Below the pieces are notes generated by a model. That model worked only from the letters and a program-made list of their open reading frames with translations. It had not been told where the DNA came from and did not search any database. From the IMG/VR virus record IMGVR_UViG_3300037087_000760, positions 146,984 through 210,983 of that record: a stretch of 64,000 bases of DNA. The stretch is one strand, 5' to 3'. A program made the position numbers and the translations under genes. This document shows, piece by piece, positions 1 through 9,758 of the stretch (position 1 is its first letter; every line of letters begins with the position of its first letter).

Positions 1-1
1 T

Positions 2-868
2 ATAAAGAAGGCTCAGGTTCATCTTTCTGGTGGAATTGATAGTATCATAGTCGCGGTTCTTTGTATCCTCTCTATGGGGAAAGAAAACTGTGTTTTTATA
101 ACAAATCCGACTTCACTTAACACTAAAAGTCTGAAACTTGTTCATAAGATGGTTAAAACTCTTGGAGTTGACTTATACACCGATGAATTAGATGAAATTG
201 TTAACGCTCTCAAAAAGGCTGATACCAAAGCATTCGGAGAAACCACATCCAAAATTCAGGGTGAAATTGAAACAGTGTTTCACGCCGTTGGTAGGACAGT
301 TCAGGGATTAGCGGCCACTCATCGTTTCGGTAGTGGTATAGTCGCCACAGGTAATCATACAGAAATCGTTCTTGGTTGGTGTAACTTTCATGACATTGGT
401 TCAATTGGAGTACATTCAATCATTGGTGATTTAACCAAATTGGAACTCTATCAATTATCTCAGGTATTGAATGATAAATGTCGTGAGATGTACAATGGTG
501 AGAATGTTATTCCTGAGGAATTGTTTAATGGAAAAGTTCTCCCCGCAGCTGATTTACCAGATAGTAAACTTGACCCATTTGATTATTACATTCAGTCTGG
601 ATTATGTGCCGCTTACATTCGTGAAAGAAAATCCAGAAATCAGTTGATCGAAGATTTTAAAAATCACAGATTGAATCCTGATTTCTTTCCCTCAAATGTA
701 TATGAGAAATATACTATGGAACAGTTTATCAAGGAAGTTGAAATCACAATGTCAAGAAGTAGAACTTCCGTATTCAAGGCCGCACAGCATGCACCTATTG
801 TGATATTAAGTCCTCGTAGTAGGGGGTTCTCAAATCGTGAAACCATTTTGAACAAATATATATCATGA
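2..868 (+). CDS. nadE: NAD+ synthetase, C-terminal part (5' truncated by window)
   Basis: Frame open from base 2: IKKAQVHLSGGIDS (PP-loop SGGxDS), ATGNHTE, IGDLTK motifs. Confidence 0.85.
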   Translation: MKKAQVHLSGGIDSIIVAVLCILSMGKENCVFITNPTSLNTKSLKLVHKMVKTLGVDLYTDELDEIVNALKKADTKAFGETTSKIQGEIETVFHAVGRTVQGLAATHRFGSGIVATGNHTEIVLGWCNFHDIGSIGVHSIIGDLTKLELYQLSQVLNDKCREMYNGENVIPEELFNGKVLPAADLPDSKLDPFDYYIQSGLCAAYIRERKSRNQLIEDFKNHRLNPDFFPSNVYEKYTMEQFIKEVEITMSRSRTSVFKAAQHAPIVILSPRSRGFSNRETILNKYIS

Positions 869-1137
869 ATAAAAAAATTGAAATATTCGATGAACTTATT
901 GAATTAACTCAAAATGAGATTGATAAAATTCAGAAAGATATATACAAAATAGAAGATAAGAATCTTTCAAAAAAATCCAAAAGATATTTTATATCCAATT
1001 TAGAAAAGCAAATTAAAAAATTGGAGAGAAATATAAAGAACATCGAAGAAATAAAAAAGGACTTAAAAGATTATTATAAACTGAAAAAGAAAAACAAAAA
1101 GAATATTTAATTATATAATCTAAAAAGAAACTCTGAT

Positions 1138-1860
1138 ATGAACTTAGAATTTACAGAAATCGACAATGTGATAATTGTACCCGAATGTACAGCATCAATG
1201 AATGTAGATCCACAAAAAGGATTTACTCCATTATGTCCTGAAGAACTTCCTGTTCCAGAAGGTGACAAAATTGTCAATGAATTGAATGGTCAAAACTCTA
1301 TCACTAAATATAAACTTGTGTCTAAGGATGTTCATCCTAAAAACGCAGCTTGGATCGCTACACCAGAGAATCCCCAATTATCAGTTGTCGGACTTCCTGA
1401 TGTTGATGTTCGTTGGAACAGACATTGTGAATCTGGTACTCGTGGAATGGAACTTCTTGATGGATTACCAAAAATGACAGAATACGACTTTTTTGTTGGT
1501 AAGGGTTTCGAACCGAATCTTCATCCATATTCAGCTTGTTATCATGATGTGGCAAAAACAATATCTACTGGTGTCATTGAATGGTTGAATCAACATAATA
1601 TTTTAACGGTTATTGTTGGTGGATTGGCACTTAATGTAGAAGAAACCCCTCTTTGCGTTGGTCATACAGTAATTGATCTCGCTGAGGCTGGTTTTCAGGT
1701 CGTTCTTAATTTAGGAGCTGTTCGTGGACTTGGAACAATTGAAGGTCAGGAAAAATTTATTGAAATGTTGAAAAATAAATATAATGTATTTGTTGTTAAT
1801 TCTTATAAAGATATTAGCACCAATCTTACATTTGATTTACCATATACTGGAACAGTTTAA
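1138..1860 (+). CDS. pncA: Nicotinamidase / isochorismatase family
   Basis: VDPQKGF..LPVPEG, D-x-H (KDVHP), W-x-x-HC..GTRG, GKG..YS, VGGLA...CV motifs. Confidence 0.85.
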   Translation: MNLEFTEIDNVIIVPECTASMNVDPQKGFTPLCPEELPVPEGDKIVNELNGQNSITKYKLVSKDVHPKNAAWIATPENPQLSVVGLPDVDVRWNRHCESGTRGMELLDGLPKMTEYDFFVGKGFEPNLHPYSACYHDVAKTISTGVIEWLNQHNILTVIVGGLALNVEETPLCVGHTVIDLAEAGFQVVLNLGAVRGLGTIEGQEKFIEMLKNKYNVFVVNSYKDISTNLTFDLPYTGTV

Positions 1861-3203
1861 TATTCTGTATTATGAACTCAACTGAAAAAATAGAACAGTT
1901 ACAATCTGAAATCGAGAAAGAACAACAAAAGATTAAGAATTGTAAACACACATGGGGTAAAGTGAAATATGATCCATATACAATAAAAGAACCAACTTTT
2001 TCACATTTCATTCCACATGGTTCAGACCCAGAACCAGTTTATAACTGGTCAAATAAAACTGTTTCAAGATGGAGTAGGACTTGTACTGAATGTGGACATA
2101 CTGAATATACAGAAAAAACGGGTCCTGTTGAACCTCTAAAAAATGAACCAAAATTTTAATGTTTGATATAAATAATTTCTTAGAAGGATATGACTTTCTT
2201 CTCAATAAAATGTTTCAAATCTTCGAATTAAAAAAGAAATACTCAACAAAAGTATTACTTAATTTGGATTTGAAAGACGCCTATCTTACTTTTGATAAAC
2301 ATCCCAACGGTAAAATTGAAATTAATCTAAGGAATAAGCAATTCGGGGGAGCCCCTGTTTGTGGTGTATTCAATGATGAAATAGATCAGCCATTGGAGAT
2401 TTTTGAAAAGAATTTAAAAGAATTTCAAGAGGATTTTCTAAAAAAGAAAAAAGAAGAAGAAGCTGATATTACCAAAAAGGGATTTACTGAATTACAGTCA
2501 ATTACAATCGGATTAAAAACTTATCCACAAATTAAGATTATAAAGAGTACTGGTATAATTGATTTTAGAACCAGTAAAATGATAAAATGTTCTTGGGAAA
2601 GACCAATTGAGAAATCAACGGCTGATAAATTATTGAAACTAAAAAAAAGAGATCTGGTTTTAACCGATGGTGATGTGAATTTTATTTGTCATAAGATAAG
2701 TAAAATCGAATTAATAACAAATAAAACATCAGCAGGAACGAATGTTTGTTTCGGTATGACCATTGAATTTAAAAATGGAGAAAGGAAATGATGTATGGAC
2801 AACAGGAGAGAAATATTAGAACAGAGGATTGAAGAACTTAAAAAGAAAAGAGGGGTTGATTGGGTAAGTCCTTATGATCCTGAACTTGGATTTGTAACAG
2901 AAGCTGATGAAATTAGAAAAATTGTTTTAAATGCTCATAAAACAGGTGATACTTCCGAATTGAATAAAATTCATCCAGATAGAGATTTTGTGGGATTATA
3001 TCCTGAGGAAATGAAAACTTATGATAAGGATGGTAAAATAATTGATTTAAAAGATCTTCTCAAAAAAGATCCTTTCTTAGCTATACTTCTTAAAGATAGA
3101 AAAAGACTTAAAGAAAAATTAATAGAGGATGAACAACAAATAGAAAAATTACAAAAAGAACTGAACGATCTCAAAGAACAGTTAAAAAAACAATAAACGA
3201 AAT

Positions 3204-3875
3204 ATGGACGAATTCACAAAATATGCTACCCGACATATGGGTATTAACAGTTTAACACTGGATAAATATAAATCAATAGCCTCAAATTACATTTCACCAA
3301 CTATTATTGAAGAAAGACAACTCAATGTTGTTACGATGGATGTGTTTTCACGATTGATGATGGATAGAATTATTTTTTTGGGTGTTCCCATTGATGATTA
3401 TGTTGCTAATATCATTCAAGCACAATTATTATTCTTAGAATCGGTTGATAGTGGTAAAGATATTCAAATTTATCTTAACAGTCCGGGTGGATCTGTTTAC
3501 GCTGGACTTGGTATCTACGATACAATGCAATATATCAACTCAGAGGTTGCTACTATTTGTACAGGTATGGCCGCCTCAATGGCCGCCATTCTTTTATGTG
3601 CCGGAACAAATGGTAAGAGAACTGCTTTACAACATTCTCGTATTTTGATCCATCAACCTATGGGAATGGCTGAAGGTCAAGCATCAGATATGGAGATCAC
3701 AGTTAAAGAAATTAATAAACTCAAAAAAGAGTTATACGAAATCATAGCTTTACATTCTGGTCAGACTTTTAAAAAAGTGGAGAAAGATTCGGATCGTGAT
3801 TATTGGATGACTTCAATCGAAGCTAAGAATTATGGTATTATTGATGAAATCCTTGAGAAGAAAATAGTCGGATAA
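3204..3875 (+). CDS. clpP: ATP-dependent Clp protease proteolytic subunit (Bacteroidota-like)
   Basis: DVFSRLMMDRIIFLG, YLNSPGGSV, GMAASMAA, IHQP, DRDYWM. Confidence 0.97.
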   Translation: MDEFTKYATRHMGINSLTLDKYKSIASNYISPTIIEERQLNVVTMDVFSRLMMDRIIFLGVPIDDYVANIIQAQLLFLESVDSGKDIQIYLNSPGGSVYAGLGIYDTMQYINSEVATICTGMAASMAAILLCAGTNGKRTALQHSRILIHQPMGMAEGQASDMEITVKEINKLKKELYEIIALHSGQTFKKVEKDSDRDYWMTSIEAKNYGIIDEILEKKIVG

Positions 3876-3898
3876 TTTTTTTATTCAATAATATTTCT

Positions 3899-3906
3899 TA
3901 TATTTG
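3899..3906 (+). promoter_or_regulatory. Bacteroidota-type -7 promoter element TAnnTTTG (also + 7669, 11109, 18142, 45208, 53989; - 23485-23492, 26374-26381)
   Basis: Recurs in intergenic gaps shortly upstream of gene starts; matches the Bacteroidota primary sigma consensus. Confidence 0.7.
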
Positions 3907-4861
3907 AGGAAATAAGAAAATTATGAAGATAAGAATTCAAGTGATTGAAAATAGTAATGAGTCACTATCAATATCCTATACTTTACAGAAACTAACCTTA
4001 GTTGGTTGGGTTAATTTACAATTATCTGATGTCTGGAAAGAAAAACTTCCCTATTTAGATGGAATTTCACCCATCCGATTCTTCGGAAAGGCCGGGAGTA
4101 GTTGTACTGATTCAGAAAAAGCTAAAACAGTCAAGACTTTTTTGAATAAATCCAAATATCTTGATGATTCTATGTACGAACTAATTTTTGGTTATAAACC
4201 TATACATAAGAAAGTTAGTTATCTCTATTAAGATGAAAAAAGAACCAATTCTTATTACAGAAGATGGTGTACCATACTATGATGAAAATAAGTTGGTCTG
4301 GGATACACATGATTTTTCCTCTGGTGATCCTGCTATAATAGTTAATCCTACATTTTTAGATCAAACACCTGTAAAATATGCTAAAAATATTGATCGAATG
4401 TTTTTTCATAGTAAGAAAAAAGCATTGGAATATATGAAAGATAACATAAGATTTTTAGCTTTGACTGACATTGATAAACTATCAAATGGTATTAATGAAG
4501 GAAATATAATTATCAATAGAAAAGATTTAATAAAATTACTCAGAAAAAGAATAAACGATGAAAACTGTTAGTATACCAGCTAATGTTCATTTACCCAAGG
4601 TCGAAGTCGAAATCGATCCACTTGATGTCTTAAAAGAATTAGAGGAAGAATTTTTAGATAAATATGGATGGATTGAAAAAAAAGGAAAGAAATATTTTTT
4701 AATGTATCCAGAACTCAGCTTTGATGAAAAGAGTTATCAAGTACGTCAAGTATCTACGAATGAAGTGAAATTTATTGATGCTATTCATACGATGCAAACT
4801 TTTTTACAAGAAAAAAATAAGAAATCAAAATCAAAACCAAAATCTTAACAAAAAACTCACA

Positions 4862-6907
4862 ATGAAAAAACTCGCAATTATTTTTATGTCATTACTATTT
4901 GTAGTAATGGTTGGTTATTCTCAGAAATTCAATCCTGATTCGGGATACAGATTAACAAAGGATACCTTACAATTAAATGAGGTTACTATCAGTTCCTTTC
5001 TTCCATACCAAGCAACAACCTTGATGCCAATCACTTTTAAGAATTTATATAAAGCTGATTTGGGATTGAAAAATTATGGTCAAGAACCAAGTAGGATTTT
5101 AAATACCACTCCATCTATAACCACTTATTCGGAATCAGGTGGTGATTGGGGTTATTCTTATATAAGATTAAGAGGTATTGATCAAACCAGAATAAACACC
5201 ACTCTTAATGGTGTTCCAATGAATGAACCAGAGGATCAAGGATGTTATTTCTCAAATTATCCTGATTTTCTTCAGTCTGTTGATATGTTACAAATACAGA
5301 GAGGAACAGGAATGACTAAAAATGGGTCAGCCAGTTATGTTGGAAGTATGAATTTCGAATCATATAAACCATCTACATCAAGTGTAGGGGCCTTTTTCGG
5401 AGCTGGATCATTCGGATCAACCAAAATTTCAATGAATACTGAACAAAATTGGAAAAAAGGTGGGTTATATGCTTCATTTTCTGACCTTGAAACAAAAGGT
5501 TATAAATATCATTCTGGTAATCATTCCAGAAGTGCTTTTCTTGTGGGAAATTATACAACTGGAAGAAATCAATTTAAATTTGTTGGTTTTGCTGGTGAAC
5601 AAATGAACCAATTAGCTTGGTTGGGTGTTCCAATAGATAGTATCAATTTAGACCGTAGATATAACACTTGTACCACTCGTGAAAATGATCATTTTAATCA
5701 ATATCATTTGCAATTTCATCACACCTATATTATAGATAATAAATCCAGATTTAATTATTGTGTCTATTATAATTATTTGAATGGTTTCTATACTTATGAT
5801 GGAATTCATAATGGAACATGGGATACTATATCATCTGGTAAATATAATTTATATGCATATCATCTTTATTCTAACTTCTTAGGTACTAATGTAAACTATT
5901 ATATTAAACTTGGACCATTGGATTTTTATACAGGGGTTAATGGTTCTAAGTATGATAGGGAACATCATGGAACAACAAATGATATCTATACTTACAAAAA
6001 TACAGGATTCAGAGATGATTTAAGTGGATTTGTTAAAGGTATTTTAAACGCTGGAAGTTTCAATTTTTATGGTGATGTTCAATATCGTTATACTACTTTT
6101 GTTTATAATGGTGATGTTTATCTACAACATTTTATTTGGAATTTTCTGAATTATAGTGTTGGTGTTGAATATAAAGCCAAACACAACATCCTTTATTATT
6201 CCATTGGTAAAACACATCGAGAACCTATTCGTAATGATATGTTTGGTGGTTATGATAATCTATCGTCTGATCCTCTTGGAAAAGCTGTTTTTTATGATTT
6301 AAAACCAGAATCAGTATTGGATCAGGAATTTGGCTATCGTTATATCATAGGAAATTTAAATTTGAACATCAATCTATATTATATGTTATTCAAAGATGAA
6401 TTAGTATTAACGGGAGCTTACGGGCCAACAGGATTACCACTTCATGAAAATGTAGATAACAGTTTCAGGTCAGGATTTGAATTCGATTTTAAATACAGAT
6501 GGAAATTTGGATTAACATTACTTCAAAATGTATCCTATAATTATAGTAAAATAACATGGACAAATAAACAAACAACTCCTGTCTTAACACCAGAATGGCT
6601 ATCAAATACTGAAGTAAATTATAATTACAAATGGTTTATAATCGGTTTGAGTGGTAGGTATCAAAGTTGGTCTTATATTGATCAAAGAAACAACTTCACC
6701 ATTCCAAGTTTTTATACACTGAATGCTATGATTGGATTAAAATGGTCATGGGGAGAATGGGATATTTATTTGAATAACATAACTGATCAAAAAACTTTAT
6801 CGAGTGGTATGGTTTCTGGTGATGGGACTCCTTATAATCAATTTATTCCTCTGTATTATGTGAATGCACCATTTAATTTCTTTACTGGACTTAAATTTAA
6901 AATGTAA
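4862..6907 (+). CDS. TonB-dependent outer-membrane receptor (resembles vitamin/thiamine-type TBDRs of Bacteroidota)
   Basis: Signal peptide MKKLAIIFMSLL, plug motif IRLRGIDQTRINTTLNGVPMN..QIQRG, LKPES, C-terminal GLKFKM beta strand; start taken at 4862. Confidence 0.9.
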   Translation: MKKLAIIFMSLLFVVMVGYSQKFNPDSGYRLTKDTLQLNEVTISSFLPYQATTLMPITFKNLYKADLGLKNYGQEPSRILNTTPSITTYSESGGDWGYSYIRLRGIDQTRINTTLNGVPMNEPEDQGCYFSNYPDFLQSVDMLQIQRGTGMTKNGSASYVGSMNFESYKPSTSSVGAFFGAGSFGSTKISMNTEQNWKKGGLYASFSDLETKGYKYHSGNHSRSAFLVGNYTTGRNQFKFVGFAGEQMNQLAWLGVPIDSINLDRRYNTCTTRENDHFNQYHLQFHHTYIIDNKSRFNYCVYYNYLNGFYTYDGIHNGTWDTISSGKYNLYAYHLYSNFLGTNVNYYIKLGPLDFYTGVNGSKYDREHHGTTNDIYTYKNTGFRDDLSGFVKGILNAGSFNFYGDVQYRYTTFVYNGDVYLQHFIWNFLNYSVGVEYKAKHNILYYSIGKTHREPIRNDMFGGYDNLSSDPLGKAVFYDLKPESVLDQEFGYRYIIGNLNLNINLYYMLFKDELVLTGAYGPTGLPLHENVDNSFRSGFEFDFKYRWKFGLTLLQNVSYNYSKITWTNKQTTPVLTPEWLSNTEVNYNYKWFIIGLSGRYQSWSYIDQRNNFTIPSFYTLNAMIGLKWSWGEWDIYLNNITDQKTLSSGMVSGDGTPYNQFIPLYYVNAPFNFFTGLKFKM

Positions 6908-7425
6908 TGAAAACGGAAGAAGCCATTAAAATTATAAAGTTAAATGAAAGAAAACCGAGATTCACCAAGAAAGGTGGTTTTATGGTTTCTTTTGAGAAAA
7001 AAGAGGGTCATATTTTAGCATCTCATCATTTTCCTGATAAACATACTGGTGAACCATTGATTCGAACTGAGGAAGAAGCTTGGAATTTAGCTAAAAGATT
7101 TGCCACATCTACTGATGATTCATATGTAAATATATATGTAACCGATAGTGAATGGCGTCCAGTAAAAGGATATTACGAAAAAACAATCAGGAGATATTAA
7201 TGATGGAGAAAACATGGAAAGATCTCAACGAAGATCAAAAAATAAAATACAAAGAATATTGTGATAACAAATATGGTAAAACCGTTGTATTTTGTGAAAC
7301 AGGTGAGCCTTTGTATTTTGATGAAAATATAAATTTAAGAATGTCATGGGTCGTTATCGAATTACTCTTTGGTAATTTAGAACCATTATTTTAATTGAAA
7401 CTTCGTTCTAAAAATATATATAATT

Positions 7426-7509
7426 GGCTGGGTGGCGGAACTGGTAGACGCGCGGGACTTAAAATCCCGTTCCTGTATGGGAGTGTGGGTTCAATTCCCA
7501 TCCCGGCTA
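7426..7509 (+). tRNA. tRNA-Leu(TAA), long variable arm
   Basis: Cloverleaf, anticodon loop CT-TAA-AA; AATATATATAAT motif directly upstream. Confidence 0.92.
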
Positions 7510-7510
7510 C

Positions 7511-7621
7511 AATCTCTGACATGGCACCCACTCTAAGGGACCAATACGAAAAGTTTGGGAGCTATCTGGAACAAGGCCGGAAGGCAGAAGGGATGGTAGT
7601 GGGGAGCCTAAATCAGAGATT
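7511..7621 (+). ncRNA. About 110-nt structured RNA with SRP-helix-8-like apical hairpin
   Basis: Terminal stem AATCTCTGA/TCAGAGATT, CCCACT/AGTGGG, apex CAAG-GCC-GGAA-GGC-AGAA. Confidence 0.5.
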
Positions 7622-7789
7622 TTTTAAATATTTTTATCAAATAATTTTTTTTATTCAGAAATTTGACATAATTTTGTAGTCCCTTGTTTGATAAAGAGTG
7701 TGAGTCAAAGGAAACAATAAAGATTTTTAAGTCTTGAGTTCCGGCTGTAAAGGTAGCATACTCTTGTTCTTTGATTTAATGATGAAAAA

Positions 7790-7998
7790 GTTAGTTCTCG
7801 AAGATTAACGGCACCAGAAAGGTGTACGACACTCGTTGAGAGTGTACGATACTAAGAGGTGTATCAGAATCTTTGAAACGGGTATAAACCCGTTTGGGGA
7901 GGCGAGCAGCCGAACCAAATACAAACTCATATAACTCCGGCCCGCAAGTCGGATGAAAATTGAGTATTCAGTTTTGCGGAACTGTTGGGATAGCTAAC
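7790..7998 (+). ncRNA. About 210-nt multi-branched structured RNA, unknown family
   Basis: Closing stem GTTAGTTCTCGA/TTGGGATAGCTAAC enclosing at least 7 hairpins; GC-rich and non-coding in an AT-rich genome. Confidence 0.65.
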
Positions 7999-8008
7999 AT
8001 AAATTTAT

Positions 8009-8088
8009 TTGTTGTGGTGATAAGTCCAAATCGATATGATTTAGTTCAGGAAGTATCGGACTAATTTGGTGAAAAACAAACACAACAA
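8009..8088 (+). ncRNA. About 80-nt structured RNA
   Basis: TTGTTGTG/CACAACAA closing stem, AGTCC/GGACT inner stem. Confidence 0.5.
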
Positions 8089-8091
8089 CAC

Positions 8092-8155
8092 GGACAGGTA
8101 GCTTAAGAGAGAGCCGTATCAACGAGACGGTGGTTTAAACCCACCTCTGTCCACA
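8092..8155 (+). ncRNA. Mini tRNA-like RNA lacking a normal anticodon arm
   Basis: GGACAGG/TCTGTCC-A acceptor, GCTT/GAGC D stem, GGTGG-TTTAAAC-CCACC T arm. Confidence 0.6.
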
Positions 8156-8326
8156 ATATAAAGGGTGCAAAACTTGTTTTAACAATGTTTTTCGGGACGG
8201 TTTAGTTAAATCGGTTATTCTTAACCAGCCCTTCTTAGAAAATTAGAAGAATCTGATACCCGATGGTGTATAGGATACCCGAAGTACAAGGGATGATCGG
8301 TGGCAACACAATCAACTTCTTTTAAC

Positions 8327-8458
8327 GAGTGTATTAGTGTAACGAAAGCACAGGCTGTTTGATGTTAGAGTAAGTTTTAGACGGCGGTCTTGGTCATTAG
8401 ATTGACAAAACTGAAATATCGTAGGTCGGATGAGGGTTCAAATCCCTCATACATTCCA
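8327..8458 (+). ncRNA. tRNA-like RNA with an 80-nt domain in place of the anticodon arm
   Basis: (G)AGTGTAT/ATACATT(C) acceptor, GTGT/GCAC D arm, GAGGG-TTCAAAT-CCCTC T arm. Confidence 0.65.
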
Positions 8459-8557
8459 AAAGGTGATGTGATGGAATAGTTTTTTCCATCCTGTTTTAAG
8501 GAGAGAACATTTGAGGATAAAGCGAGCCTACATCACAAACAGGATCACCAAATAAGG

Positions 8558-8640
8558 TGAGGGAAACAAAGTAGAGTACCTTTTCTTCGGATTGAGGCCT
8601 TCGGGCCGAGGGAAATGACCTGTTCTCCCTCAACTTTTTT
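8558..8640 (+). ncRNA. Structured RNA with UUCG hairpin, followed by U-tract (end of ncRNA array)
   Basis: TGAGGGA/TCCCTCA closing stem, GGCC-TTCG-GGCC, then T run. Confidence 0.5.
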
Positions 8641-8682
8641 AAAAAACGAAATTAAATTAAACTTTTTGAAAAAAAAGTTCTA

Positions 8683-8720
8683 AAATAGAAAAAAGAGACT
8701 TTATAAGTTAAATATATAAT
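8683..8720 (+). promoter_or_regulatory. Extended promoter of the Ile/Asn/Met/Gln tRNA operon
   Basis: AAATAGAAAAAAGAGACT-N10-AATATATAAT, near-identical to the - strand element at 23441-23478. Confidence 0.75.
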
Positions 8721-8731
8721 AAAAAAACATA

Positions 8732-8802
8732 TCCAGTAGGAACGTAAGTTCCGTTTTGGGACGCTCAGCGACCCAGAGGGGAAAACTCCCCGCAACTGGA
8801 TA
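8732..8802 (+). ncRNA. Four-way junction RNA in the leader
   Basis: TATCCAGT/ACTGGATA closing three hairpins (GGAAC-GTAA-GTTCC; TGGG..CCCA; GGGG..CCCC). Confidence 0.65.
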
Positions 8803-8813
8803 AACTTTTTGAA

Positions 8814-8984
8814 ATGATTATGACACAGAACATCCAAAATATGATTATTAATCAGATACCCGGTAAAAATACCGATTGGATGAACTTTGTCTATAACGAA
8901 TATAGAAAAAACCCAATCGGAAACGATTGGGTTTTTTTGTTTTATATGTCCACCATAGTTTTTAACTGGTGTTCTTTGAAATAA
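8814..8984 (+). CDS. Putative attenuator leader peptide MIMTQNIQNMIINQIPG... (56 aa, not in ORF track)
   Basis: 14 of first 15 codons are Met/Ile/Gln/Asn, using ATG, ATT, ATC, ATA, CAA, CAG, AAC, AAT; overlaps attenuator segments. Confidence 0.75.
   Translation: MIMTQNIQNMIINQIPGKNTDWMNFVYNEYRKNPIGNDWVFLFYMSTIVFNWCSLK
8906..8938 (+). terminator. Intrinsic terminator of attenuator (3:4 hairpin)
   Basis: CCCAATCG-GAAA-CGATTGGG-TTTTTTT; 5' arm also complementary to CCGATTGG at 8872-8879. Confidence 0.9.
8971..8981 (+). promoter_or_regulatory. boxA-like antitermination element GTTCTTTGAAA (also + 7766, 9431; - 22921-22931, 23252-23267)
   Basis: Resembles rrn boxA; copies noticed at entries to RNA-gene arrays. 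Confidence 0.6.
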
Positions 8985-9061
8985 TGATAAATCATATTCG
9001 GATTATAAGTTCAAAACTGATAATCTGAACATAAAATGTAAATAAAAATAAATTAGAAACT

Positions 9062-9439
9062 ATGGAAGATTTAAAAAAATTAGCGGATGATCTGAGTAAT
9101 CTCACCGTATTAGAGTGTTACCAGTTAGCTAAGATAATGAAAGAAGAATACGGAATAGAATCAAATACAAAAATTGTTGGTGTGAATGTATCACCAGTTC
9201 CAACTAAGGTAGTTGAAATTGAAAAAACAAGTTTTGATGTGATTCTAAAATCAGCAGGAACAACCAACAAACTTGGTGTTATCAAATCCATCAAAGAAAT
9301 GACAGGACAAAGTTTATTGGAAATTAAGAATCTCGTTGATAATGCACCAGCGAAACTAAAAGAAAATGTAAGTAAAGATGAAGCTATGTCTTTACTGAAT
9401 ATTCTGAAAGAATTAGGTGCAGAAATTGAAGTTCTTTGA
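9062..9439 (+). CDS. rplL: Ribosomal protein bL12 (L7/L12)
   Basis: NLTVLE..LAKIMKEEYGI, EKTSFDVIL, KLGVIK, ELGAEIEV. Confidence 0.95.
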   Translation: MEDLKKLADDLSNLTVLECYQLAKIMKEEYGIESNTKIVGVNVSPVPTKVVEIEKTSFDVILKSAGTTNKLGVIKSIKEMTGQSLLEIKNLVDNAPAKLKENVSKDEAMSLLNILKELGAEIEVL

Positions 9440-9450
9440 AAATAATAAAA

Positions 9451-9580
9451 AATGTAGTAGCGAGTTTGAGTGTTACTTCGTAGCTCAACAGTCGAGCATC
9501 AATCAGTTAAATTGAAAGTTGTGGGTGCGATTCCCACCGAACCCGAAAGGGTAATATCACTCAATGATTATCTCTACATT
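9451..9580 (+). ncRNA. tRNA-Asn(GTT) mimic embedded in a long terminal stem (Y-RNA-like)
   Basis: D arm, TCAAT-CAGTTAA-ATTGA anticodon arm and T arm on a 4-bp TTCG/CGAA stem continuing into TTGAGTG/CACTCAA and ATGTAG/CTACAT; no free acceptor end. Confidence 0.7.
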
Positions 9581-9588
9581 TTTTTAAT

Positions 9589-9666
9589 GGGTGTGTAGCT
9601 CAGTAGCGTTAGAGCGCGACACTGATAATGTCGAGGTCGTAGGTTCAAGTCCTACCATACCCACCA
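9589..9666 (+). tRNA. tRNA-Ile(GAT)
   Basis: Canonical cloverleaf, encoded CCA. Confidence 0.95.
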
Positions 9667-9676
9667 AAAATAACAC

Positions 9677-9758
9677 TGTGTCGTACGCAGCCGATCCTGA
9701 TAAGATCGAGAACTTGTAACTGGTGTTGAAAATGTGGGTTCGAATCCCACCGGCACAA
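9677..9758 (+). tRNA. Atypical D-armless tRNA-Ile(GAT)-like
   Basis: TGTGTCG/CGGCACA, CGATC-CTGATAA-GATCG, normal T arm, 8-nt D replacement, 25-nt variable region. Confidence 0.7.

Noticed and set aside
4775-4861. Upstream extensions of ORF-track starts (also 11539, 28839, 35504-, 45191, 58909, 60176)
   Set aside because: They overlap neighbouring genes, promoters or terminators; downstream ATGs give signal peptides or tag motifs.
7669-8640. CRISPR array or group I/II intron
   Set aside because: No repeated direct repeat with spacers; no recognisable intron core motifs or flanking exons.
8814-8938. T-box or L10-leader explanation for the terminator before rplL
   Set aside because: No T-box AGGGTGGNACCGCG consensus or specifier stem seen; the codon match to the downstream tRNAs, repeated at 23334-23420, fits ribosome-mediated attenuation better.
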